Source: Geosiphon pyriformis uo1 (lineage: Eukaryota > Fungi > Glomeromycota). From it: 64,000 bases of DNA. The notes below the pieces were generated by a model. The model saw only the letters and a list, made by a program, of their open reading frames with translations. It had not been told where the DNA came from and did not search any database. The stretch is taken from assembly GCA_016748015.1 (NCBI GenBank), contig JAAOMT010000741.1, positions 1 to 64,000 on the forward strand, given 5' to 3'. Position numbers and translations under genes: made by a program. Position 1 is the stretch's first letter, and each line of letters starts with the position of its first letter. Positions 1-10,789 of this stretch are shown piece after piece.

Positions 1-311
1 CATTTGGGTAGCCTACAGACGAGATTCCTGTAGAAGAGTTGACTTTCACAGCAAAGTAACTACACATTTTTTAGTGAGCTTCCAGACGAGCAATTCCTGG
101 GAAAGAGTTGACGTTTACTACAACGTAACTACATAAAGTAACTGGCATGGAATTGGCCATTCCACTTATAAGCCCAGCGGTTCAAATTATAGGAGATAAT
201 TTGAAGATAAATTCAGTTACTGGAGGTTCAACCACATCCAGAAAAACGTGAATTCACAGCAAACAAGCATCAACAACATTTAAGAAAAGAGACCAAAAAC
301 CTCCGGTAACA
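1..311 (+). mobile_element. 3' end of a family-A LTR (truncated by window edge), inserted into the integrase of element B1
   Basis: Collinear with the last ~310 nt of LTRs 24351-25323 and 33271-34242. Ends ...CCGGTAACA and is followed directly by in-frame integrase codons (cga atg aca act cta cca). Confidence 0.9.
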
Positions 312-774
312 ACGAATGACAACTCTACCAATAGAAACAGATATAGAAACAATATCTTTTGAAGAAATAACAATAGGAGATTACAAGGACATTTTGCAAA
401 GAAGACTTGGTACTATTCTTGACTTATTGGTAGAAGCACAGATAATTGCCTTTGAAAAGATAAAACAGTTTCAAGAGAAGCTCAAAAAGAAAAAGACCTA
501 TAAAACACTTTCCTTAAGTATTGGTAACTTAGTTTTGGAATACCGTTCAGACAGAGACAATGTTTATGGTGATAAATTCTCCAGCCACTGGAAAGGATTT
601 TTTATAGTCAACAAAGTTTTGAACAATGGTTCTTATATCTTACAAGATCAATATGGAACAATCTTCAATGATCGCCCTGTTCATAGTACATGACTCAAGA
701 AATATCACAAACGACCTGATTAGTTACCTGTTGTGGTAATACCAATCCAAATGATCAGCAAAAATCAGATATAA
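312..774 (+). pseudogene. Integrase C-terminal region (GPY/F module) of B1
   Basis: ORF 316-693 continues past TGA and TAG stops that correspond to probable CGA and TGG codons. Confidence 0.85.
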
Positions 775-815
775 ATAAATGCACCATTCCCAAAACAGAG
801 GTATCTTCAATTGAC

Positions 816-1471
816 ATGAACAATTATTTCCTGGATCAAAACATTCAAAACGCTTTCTATACTTTCCATGAATACTGAATCAAGAACTATCCAAATGCTA
901 CTCTGACTATTGGAAAACAAACCACCATAACAGACAACAGTGGAACTCACACTGTTATCAAACCAAAGAAAACAACTACCAGAAAAAAAAAATTGGTGAC
1001 AAAATGAATAAATACCTGCTGGAAAGCATAACAGCAGCAATACTTTTACCTTCCAGCACAATTGGAAAAACAATACAAGAAATCTTGCCCATAGACAAAA
1101 ACTTGTCATATGAAAGACAACTAGAACTCTATGGTCATCTTGGTAAAATCATAGAAAACATGAAGTTCATGAAGAAAACAACTTCAGAGATACAAGGGGA
1201 AATTTTGGGCATTATATAATTGGATGTCTCAAGAGTTTTGACTATTGCTAGAAGAGCCAGAACTCTTATACAAAGATTTGGTCTCTTGGATACAAAACTT
1301 ATTTCACCTCAAGTATTATATACCCTATCTACAAAAGACTTCAACAAACTAGTTAGTTTTGAGTTAGACAAAACTCTTCACATAGACTATTCCATAAATA
1401 GCTTGATTTCACCGGAGCTCAATTTCTTTGGAGAAGATGATGTTATGGTTGAAACCCATAGTTTTTATTAG
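816..1471 (+). pseudogene. Family-B ORF3 (post-pol ORF of unknown function), disrupted
   Basis: MNNYFLDQNIQNAF...; frameshift in the poly-A run near 985; TAA at 1217 where copy 61306-62058 has CAA; reads into the LTR. Confidence 0.8.
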
Positions 1472-2166
1472 TTATTACATGTATTAATCACTAATGTCAT
1501 ATAATTAGCCACCTTATTTTTAGATAGTGATTGTTGACCTGATCAATGACCTGACCATTGACCTGATTATTGACCTGATTATTGACCTAATCAATGACCT
1601 GATCATTGATCTGATCATTGACCTGATCATTGACCTGGTCGTTGACCACATTAGATAGCTATATAAGTGATAATTCTCTTAGCTATAGAATGACATGATC
1701 AAAGTAACAAAATAAACAATATCAATTACTTCCTCTCATAATCGCTTATTCTCCTTTTTTTATCTTCAAGTATCTACTTGTTGGCATTTACATATCTTAT
1801 CTTTTCCCCTTCTTGATTTGTGTTTGTTAGAATTAGCCTGAGAAGCAATTGGCTTGCTCTTGTAATTCATTAAATAAAGAAACAATTGAAAAGCACAACA
1901 ATACCTGTTATTGATTCTAAGAATCACCGAGTTGAGGCATAGAATAATAGCAGCAGTGTTATCTTGTTGACAATTACGGACTATTCCTCTACCTTCAAAT
2001 TTAAGAAAAGATTAGTGACTGTGATTTTTATGAGACTAATCACGCACATTGAATTTCTACTTATTCAATTTGCTCCTTTATTGTAATTCCCTCTTTGTTT
2101 ATTTCCATCACTATACAATACTGTTCTCCCTTGCTATCTGTTAGCTTGTTACTCCAACCCGTAACA
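1441..2166 (+). repeat. Family-B LTR (~726 bp)
   Basis: TGTTATGG...CCCGTAACA; TATA-like GCTATATAAG at ~1658; homologous to 3836-4548 and to the minus-strand copies. Confidence 0.92.
1528..1648. repeat. 12-bp tandem array (consensus TGACCTGATCAT) in family-B LTR U3
   Basis: About 10 degenerate units directly visible; present with variable copy number in other B LTRs. Confidence 0.9.
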
Positions 2167-3167
2167 ATATTAAAACCTGTGATACCTGCCAAAGAAAAAG
2201 AAAACCCAATAGAAAAGAAGATATCCATTCAATCTCTGTTGGCCAACTATTTAACAGGATTGGTATAAATGTTGTTGGACCCTTAACAATAACCCCTGAT
2301 GGCAACAGATACATTATCACAGCTACCAACTATCTTACAAAGTGGGTAGAAACAAAAGCCACTTCAGACCAAACAGCAGTTTCAATAGCCAATTTCATTT
2401 ATAAAGATATCATCTGCCATCATGGCTGCCTTAGAGAACTTTTATCTGATAGAGGAAAAGCTTTTTTCAGTATACTAGTTGAAGAACTTTGTAGAAAAAT
2501 AGGAATACATCACAAACTTTCCTTCTCTTATCACCCCTAAACAAATGACCTAGTAGAACATTTTAATAGAACACTATGTGAAACTCTAGCCAAAACAAGT
2601 AAAGAAACAAACTTATAGGACAAAGTACTGCCTTTAGCTTTGTTTGCTTATAGAACTGTAAATCATGACATAACAAGTTATGAATCTTTTTATCTGCTCT
2701 ATGGATGTATGGCAACACTATCAATAAAAACTGACATTAAGACAATACCCTTTAAAGAGATCACAATAGCAAATTACAAAAACATTTTGTAAAGAAGACT
2801 TGGTACCATTCTTGACTTATTGGTAGAAGCACAAATAGTTGCTTTTAAAAAGATAAAACAGTTTCAAGAAAAGCTTAAAAAGAAGAAAACCTATAAAACA
2901 CTTTCTTTAAGTATTGGTGACTTGGTATTAGAATACCATTCTGACAGAAACAATGTCTATAGTAATAAATTCTCTAGCTGGTGGAAAGGACCTTTTATAG
3001 TCAACAAAGTTTTGAACAATGGTTTTTATATTCTTTAAGATCAATTCGGAACAATCTTTAATGATCAATCTGTTTACGGCATGTGACTCAAGAAATATCA
3101 CAAACGACCTGATTGGTTGCCTGTTGTAGTAATATTGACTCAAATGATCAACAAAAATTAAGTATAA
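2167..3167 (+). pseudogene. Integrase (CxxC of HHCC, DDE core, GPY/F) of B2
   Basis: Translates as CDTCQR..FNRIGINVVGPL..NRYIITATNYLTKWVE..LSDRGK..YHP*TNDLVEHFNRTL..WKGPF, with several transition-derived stops. Confidence 0.9.
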
Positions 3168-3209
3168 ATAAATACACTATTCCCAAAACAAAGATATCTT
3201 CAAATTGAC

Positions 3210-3866
3210 ATGAACAATTATTTTCTAAATCAAAACATTCAAAATGTCTTCTATACTCTCCATGAGTATTGGATTAAAAACTATCCAAATGCTACTTTGA
3301 CCATTGGAAAACAGACCACAATAACTAATAGCAGTGGAACACATACTGTTATTAGACCAAAGAAAACAACTACCAGAAAAGAAAGAATTGGTAGCAAAAT
3401 GAATAAATATCTGCTAGAAAGTATAACAGCAGCAATACTTGTACTCTCCACCACACTTGAAAAAACAATTAAAGAAATCTTATCCATAGACAAAAACTTG
3501 TCATATGGAAGACAACTAGAGCTCTATAGTTGCCTTGGTGAAATCATAGATGATATAAAGCTCATGAAAAAAACAACTTCAGAGATACAGGCAGAAATTT
3601 TGGGCATTATATAATTAGATGTTCCAAGAGTTTTAATCATTGCTAAAAGAGCCAAAACTCTAATACAAAAATTTAGTCTCTTGGATACAAAACTTATTTT
3701 GCCTTAAGTATTATATATCCTATCTACAAAAGACTTCAATAAATTAGTTAGCTTTGAGTTAGATAAAACTCTTTAAATAGATTACACTATAAATAGCTTG
3801 ATTTTGCCGGAGCTTAATCTTTTTGAAGAGGATGATGTTATGATTGAGACCTATACTTTTTATTAA
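3210..3866 (+). pseudogene. Family-B ORF3, disrupted by in-frame stops
   Basis: ORF 3210-3614 continues in the same frame through CAA>TAA stops to a TAA inside the LTR. Confidence 0.82.
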
Positions 3867-4548
3867 TTATCACATATATTAGCCACTGATGTCATATAAT
3901 TAGCCACACTATTTTTAGAAAGTGATCATTGACCTGATCAATGATCTGACTGTTGATCTGATCATTGATCTGATCAATAACTTAATCAATAATCTGATTA
4001 ATGACCTGATTATTGACCATTTTTGATAGCTATATAAGTGATGAATCTCTTAACTGTAGAAAAGCATATAATAACAAGCATCTAAATAATCAAGAATAAA
4101 TAAAATAACAACTTTTATCTCAATCCTTCTCTTATTGCTAATTTTCCTTTCTCTATTTTTAAGTATCTGAACATCTTAAAGATAAAAGATTACTTGTTGG
4201 CCTTTTCCTGATGTATATAATTGTAGCATTTGAAGATTATTTGAATAAACATGACTGAAAAACACAAGTTGATACCTGATATTGAATTCTAAGAGCACTA
4301 ATGTAAAGCATAGAATTATACTAGTGGTGATCAATTGTTGACAGTATGGACTATTCCTCTACCTTCAGATTCTCCAGTTACCTTTGAAAAGAATAGTGAC
4401 TGAGATATTTTATGAGACTGATCTCGCACATTGAATCCATACTCATTCAATTTGCTTTTTAAAGTTGAATTCCCCTTTGATTATTTCCATCACTCTACAA
4501 TCCTGTTCTCTCTTGCTATCCGTTAACTTATTACTTCAATCCGTAACA
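3836..4548 (+). repeat. Family-B LTR
   Basis: TGTTATGA...CCGTAACA; contains the 12-mer array at ~3925-4020. Confidence 0.9.
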
Positions 4549-4758
4549 GTAGTAGTGTTATCTTGTTAATAATTATAGACTATTTTTCTATTTTCAAATT
4601 TCTAGAAAAAATTTATGACTGTAATTTTTATGAAACTGATTACACATATTAAATTCTTACTTATTCAATTTGTTTCTTTATTGTAATTTATTCTTTGATT
4701 ATTTTTATTACCCTATAATCCTATTTTTTTTTGCTATTTATTACTTCAATTTGTAACA
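4549..4758 (+). repeat. 3' remnant of an older family-B LTR into which B2 inserted
   Basis: Matches 1950-2166 with more C>T/G>A changes; ends TTGTAACA. Confidence 0.85.
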
Positions 4759-6461
4759 ATATTTTTGAAAAAAAAAACATGATATTTTGGACTAGCTGTT
4801 TTTGGTTTTAATAATAACAATATAGTTAAAAAGCTATTAATTAGAATCATATTCAAACCTATTTATTTTAAGATTGAAAAAAATATAGTAGTTGTATTAA
4901 TATTAAAACTTCTGAAACTAATATTTTTATTTTATCTGTGTTAACAAAAAAGATTAAAAAACTCTGGTATTACAATAAATAAATAATAAACAAAGTTGGC
5001 ATTATAATATATATAAATGGCACAATACTATTTAGTTATAATTATTTATTGGTTTAATACATAATATTAAACAGTTAAATGCTTTTGGATCTTATTTGTA
5101 CTTCAAATAAATAGACTAATTTTTATAAAATAGAATACATATTCAAATAACAAATTAAAAAACACAAAATAGCAACAAATTCATTGGTTAATTGGTAAAA
5201 TATGTTTATTATTTGGATAATTTAAAACAATTTAATAATAGAATTTTATCATGTATTTGTTATAATTTATTTATCTATCTATAAAATAAGCAAAAAGAAA
5301 TTTCATGCTTGAAAAGCAATATTAAAAACATGTAGATACATTAATATAATATTATATTTTAGAAATAACAATAAAAAAAAGTTTTAAAACAGTCAGAAAA
5401 TTATTGTATAAATAAATTAATTACTTTGATCTAAAAATTGTATATATATATATATTATAAATTATATACAAAAATCTATTGCTAAAGATATAAAAATATG
5501 TATATTTATATAATTTTTTAATTAACATACAAATATTGAATAAATATAAAATCTAGAACAAAATACATTTGTAATTATAGAATCTGTTATCAATATTAAC
5601 TACTCTTAAAATGAAAGATAAATATTGTATAAAAATACAGTATTTGGTAATCAAAGTAAAGATAAATAAATATTTTTACTTAAAAATATACATGCTAAAG
5701 ATTAGATAATAGCTAAAAAAATGAATAATAGATTAAAAGAATTTGCAGATAATGGTAAATTAAAACCAAATAAAGTACTAAAAATTTTAACAATTTAAGG
5801 ATAGATATTATAATATAATAAATCGTTTTTGGCACAGATAACAAGAATAGTATTACAGTTCAATTCAAATAAAAACTCTTTAATGGTAGTTAAGATCAAA
5901 AATAAGCATTGTAAAAATAAGTCAAAGTGATAAGTTGAGTCTTTTGCATGTTTTTGGACTTGAAAAAATTAACTTCATGGTAAAAACCAATAAATTTATC
6001 TTCAAAATCGTAAGCTTAATTCTTACATTTGGAACCATAAATGCCATTTTACATCAAATAAAGCTTTTGTTAAAAAAGTAGCTACATTCTGAATTTTGTA
6101 AAAGTAGTCACCTGAGGTTCCAGGTTGTCAAATAATGTGATTTTCTTGTGCACATGGCTAGTCGTGTAACCAAGTTGTCTTTGAGTATAACAAGGCTGTT
6201 TTGGTTTTGTGCATTATTGATCTGCGTCGCGCAGTATTAATAGATTGATTATCATTTCCAGGCGAATTACCAATTAAAGTATTTAAAAATTTTATTATTA
6301 TTAAATATATTAAGTAAATTTGTATATTTTTTTCGAAATTTTTCGACATCAGTTTATTTGACACCGTTGTTTTGCAACAACAAACTTTCACTGCACAACC
6401 ACAACCACAACCACACAACACCTGCTCGAACAGCAACGAAATCTCCAACGTTTCTTCAATC

Positions 6462-8976
6462 ATGTCAGATGACAAAGAGGCAAGCACGCTGACTCACCTT
6501 TTTACATACGCAAACAACCCTGTGACTGTTGCTTAAATATAATTGCTTTGGTTTTGTAGGATATTTCCATTCGCAGAAGTACGGTGTATCAGGTCAGTTT
6601 CATGTTTCTTTATAGTAGCACCAAGGCAACCTACGCCTATATGGGCTCCACATTTGTGTGATTACGTATGGCCGATGCTTGGAAGGAGCTCCTTAGCCAT
6701 CTGCCAGGACGTTTCAGCTCTTGCTGCATTCCTCCTGTGCAGTACGCTACCGGGCTGTTTACCAGAAAATATCACCCATGCTACGACTGACCTAGATATG
6801 TTCTAATTTTCCTTCGCTTGAAGACTGTGTCCACTTATTTTGAGAACACATGTTATTTAGATTGGTCCGTCTATGATGCTCTCAAATATGTCTCCGAGCA
6901 CAGCAAGCTATACCCTGAAGATATAGCATCAATACTTGAAGAGGTGAAAAAGAAAATCCGGGCACTCAGCCATAACCCCAACATCTTATCTCATGTCAAA
7001 AACAAAGCAAGAACATTACACTCTAATTTCGACAAGACAGTTGAGAGAGCTGAAATCCAAGATTGGCTTCAAATGATAAATAAGGGAGTTGCGACGGAAG
7101 CAAGATTGAAAAGGCAATTAGTAAGTGCAAGTATAATTGCTTGGCGAATCATTTTGTGCTTCTGGTAGTCAAAAATTTTTCTTGATCATTACTCTAGGAA
7201 TATGACGCTGACGCGTTGCTAGCAAAACGCCAGGCAGTTGGAAGTTCCCATGGTGGCTTTGACAAGGATGAAGACAACAGTGGCTCTTCATACCATCCTG
7301 AAGGAAGCAAACATGCGGAACTTGAAGAGATAGAGGATATTTCTACAGAACTCGGACCAGAAATTTTCCAGGAGATCAAAAATGCTATTGAATCGGTGCG
7401 AAACGATCCCCTGGGACATTTAAGGCGCGTATAAAGTGACGCTGTTGCTTGCACTTATTTTATGTGCAGATAATTAAAATAAATTCTTCATTTCTCCTTC
7501 TTCCCAGCCCAATGTATTATCTTATCCTTGATCTCCGTCCTCCTTCTATGGGGTCTTTCCAGTTTCGGGCAGTTCAGTACCTTAGTGAGTTGCATATGAG
7601 AGTTATAGGGAAAAGGTCACAAGCTGCACAAAGCAGTAGATTCGATCCATCACGTCCTGTTCAGAAGTTACTCAATGTATTGGGAAAAGTAAGCATTCTC
7701 CTGCATGTATAGAGACCTTAGCGTTTAAGGAAATTAGACTCTAATTTTTTATTCATAATTTGCAGCTCTCATCAGGACAACTCGCAGAGCTCTCTAGCTA
7801 TATGCGTATTGAAGGTGCTACCGGCCTCCTTTTAAGGCTCCAGGAAATGAAGGGTCCGTTTCCACAATGCAAGCAAAATACATTCGAAGAACTGCTGAAG
7901 GAAGAATTCTCAGGCTTACAGAACAACAATAGGGAAGATCTGTCGAACAGTCAAATCGTGGTTGACTTAGAAGGTGTCAATGCCACAACAGAGGAAATCC
8001 AATGGATTTTTCATGTGCTTGATCAGTGGTATGTGTCCATTAACATATTTTAATCTTTCCTTTTTATTTTCAGTACAGTGATTAAATGATGTATTGCATT
8101 AGCCGACGTGTAATTTCCTCAGACGTGCTTTCCACGAATTTGACCGAACGTGATGTGGATATCAATCTAGTCAAGCCATTCTTCGATACGCTATGGGACG
8201 GTTTTCATTTGCATTTGTGAGTATGATATTTAATGAAATTATAATCGAAAATTTTTTTTATAGTGTTTTTTATTTAGTGGTGAGGGAGAGTCTAGGGCAT
8301 CGAGAAACCGTCGTGGAGGATGTGGTGATCATTTTGATTGGCTTTTTTCGGTAGGGTTTTTTTTGTACTTCTTTTTTTCCCGCCTTTTTCTTTAAGTTTT
8401 AATTCATATTTCATTCATTTTAGTGTAATTCGATCCTTCCAGATGACGTTCGTGGTGTCGAATTAGGTGTCGCTGAGAATTCCGGGCCGTCTCAAGTCCA
8501 TGATATGGAAAAGGCTCGGACTGACTTTGTCAAAACAGTAAAAACTGCTCGAGATCAGTTGATCCAAGCCACCAAGATTGTGAAAAATAAATACAATTCC
8601 GAGCAATTGCCAAGTACCTTTGCGTATGGTATTAAGGCATTGTTCGCTGTTGCAGTCAACATTATCGGTTATGAAATCCAAGCACACACTGTCTACTTTC
8701 TTGGTGGCAACGTTTTCGTTACATCCGAAATTGGGCGTGCACGGCTTCCGAAATCCCTGGACAGAATGCATGACGCTCTAGATATGATCCGTTTGGTGTT
8801 GCGTGTAAAGGTAAAATTATTAATAAATTCAGTTTTGCTTACTGATGTAAACATGTTAAACATGTTTCACCTTTTTGTAGGCACTCTTGCTACGATCGAA
8901 GCAAATGCTTCAGGCATTGCTTGCAGAGGCGATTATAGAGAGATCTGCGACTAGGCCTGGTCAGCTGGATGCATGA
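6462..8976 (+). CDS. Spliced gene (~550 aa) with C-terminal PD-(D/E)XK restriction-endonuclease-like domain (Crinkler/CR-REase-like). Exons: 6462-6479 (tentative), 6824-7120, 7198-7395, 7470-7688, 7766-8028, 8103-8216, 8278-8350, 8424-8810, 8881-8976
   Basis: Seven 61-77-nt GT-AG introns join the ORF-track fragments in one frame. The spliced C-terminus reads LTERDVDINLVKPFFDTLWDGFHLHFGEGESRASRNRRGGCGDHFDWLFS..VELGVAENSGP..DMEKARTDFVKTVKTARDQL, the E..GE..S.AS..R..D..E.SG..K pattern of fungal REase-fold proteins. The first exon needs a GC-AG intron and is uncertain. Confidence 0.78.
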
Positions 8977-9047
8977 ACTGTAACGGAATTAAATACCCCA
9001 AAAAAATCTAGGAAGCTAAAAAAATCAAGTGAATAAATAACTAAGAA

Positions 9048-9535
9048 TTCGTTGCTGGGGATTTCAACGAGGAACCCAATTGAAGAGCCAGTGCACAACA
9101 ACTCAAGAACATGGGCCTGGTAAATGCAATAAAGAGAAGCACGGAATCTGATTGGACGTGGGAAAATTCTAAGGGTACGCAAAAGATTATTGATCATGTG
9201 TTCCTCACCGAAGAACTGGGGAGTGTAGTCACGGATCTAATAGTTCAACGCACTGACGAATATTTCAACACGGATCATAGGAGTGTCTCGATGTCGATGG
9301 GAATTGGGACAATATTAGACGTCGAAATTAGGATTTTTCGAATGCCAACAGGGAGAAATGGAAATACGATGTCAGGAATGCAAATGAGAAAGCTTGGGTC
9401 GAATTTAAGAGATATTCCATACTCGTGTGAGAATTCCAACACGCTGAAATGAAGGGCAACCTTAATAGAATGTGGGAATTGACTGAGAACAGTATATTAG
9501 AGGCAGCCGACGCTGTCTTCAAGAAACTATGGTTA
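9048..9535 (+). pseudogene. LINE ORF2 fragment: C-terminal half of APE endonuclease and linker
   Basis: FVAGDFNEEPN*R...WTWENSKGTQKIIDHVFLT...EYFNTDHRSV gives the GDFN, TW, IDY/H and (S/T)DH APE motifs; frameshift near 9335. Confidence 0.88.
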
Positions 9536-10789
9536 ATTAAGAGTTGTTTTAATCTGATAATTTTTTTAATATTATTATATTATTTTTAATCAGAATATTT
9601 TTAATAATAATTATACTTTAAATACTTTTTTTAAATGGTTTTTGCACAGTTTTTATTTTTTCATTTAATTTTGGTAAAAAGTTAAGCATAATTTATTTTT
9701 ATTACTTAAAAATAAAGAAGATATTTGCATTAGTATTTAACTTAAAAACTATAATTTTATTTTGCTTTTTTTTCGAGTTGTTTTCTGAATATTATATTGA
9801 ATATATTATAAAAAAACCAAAAAATAATTATTAAACTTTTTGTTATTTGTTTAATTATTTTAAACTTTTTTATTGCTGTAAATATTAATTTAATATTAAT
9901 TTTTTTATTTTTGCAGTTTTTTGAATTATTAAAATTATTATTGTTATTGCTTTATTGTTGTTATTGCTGCCATATTATTTCTAAAAATATTGTTTAATGT
10001 TAATATTTAATTATAATTGGTTTTTTATTGTAAATTATAAGTTTATAAAGTTTATAATTAAAAAAAACTTTTGTTTTTTTTAGCTACTTATTTCCTATAA
10101 TTTTAATGTAGTTTTTTGTTTTTGCCACTTTTATATTAATTTAATACATATTTGATTAATTTAGATAAGAATAGTTTTTATTATATTAAAAATTTTTTGT
10201 TTTTATAAATATTAGTTACTTGTTTGGTTAATAATTTGTCAATTTTTTTCAAAAAATACTAAGTTATAATATTGATTAAAAAACTACTATTTAGTATTAA
10301 ATATATAAATATTTAACTATTTGAACTTTATATTATTATTTAAAATTAAAACTATTTATTAAGAACATTTATTAATTTTAAGCTGTTTTTTTTTAAATAT
10401 GAAAGTTTTAAAAAAATTTTCAAAATTGTGAATATATTATAAATTAATCAAAAATAATATAAACTGATGTTTTTATTAAATTTTTTATTATTAAATAGAA
10501 ATTTGATTTTTAAATAATTTTTAAAGATTTTAATTTTGATCAAAATTTATTTTTAATTTTTTAGAATTAATTTAATTTAATAATTTGTTATTTTATCTTT
10601 GTATTTTTGTATTATTTTTTGTTAAATTGAAACTAAATAATTTTTTTTGGTTTGTTTATTAATTTAAAAACTAATATTTAATAGTTTTAACTAAAAATAT
10701 TTTTCTAAAAAACTTATATAAATTTAGTTGGCTTTTTAATTAAAAATTTAATTATTATTATTATTATTTTATTAAATAAAATTTAAATA

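Larger units (their letters stand above)
312..2166 (+). mobile_element. Ty3/gypsy family-B copy B1, 3' part (integrase C-terminus, ORF3, PPT, 3' LTR)
   Basis: Integrase tail with GPY/F-like 'WKGFFIVNKVLNNGSYIL'; PPT GGAGAAGATGA ends at 1440; LTR TGTTA..GTAACA 1441-2166; collinear with 2700-4548 and (reverse) 60598-62500. Confidence 0.92.
2167..4548 (+). mobile_element. Ty3/gypsy family-B copy B2, 3' part (host of B1)
   Basis: Resumes in the integrase Zn finger (IKTCDTCQRK) right after the B1 LTR; core DDE region, ORF3, PPT GAAGAGGATGA, LTR 3836-4548. Confidence 0.92.

Noticed and set aside
1528-1648. CRISPR-like repeat array
   Set aside because: Contiguous 12-mers without unique spacers, inside an LTR, in eukaryotic context.
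6158-6806. ORFs 6158-6487(-) and 6543-6806(+) as genes
   Set aside because: The first is antisense over the 5' region with (CAACCA)n-derived CGCG; the second lies in the probable first intron. Neither has recognisable motifs.
7429-7469. 41-nt intron using the GTATAA donor
   Set aside because: The in-frame GTGCGA donor at 7396 gives a 74-nt intron matching the other introns; preferred but unproven.
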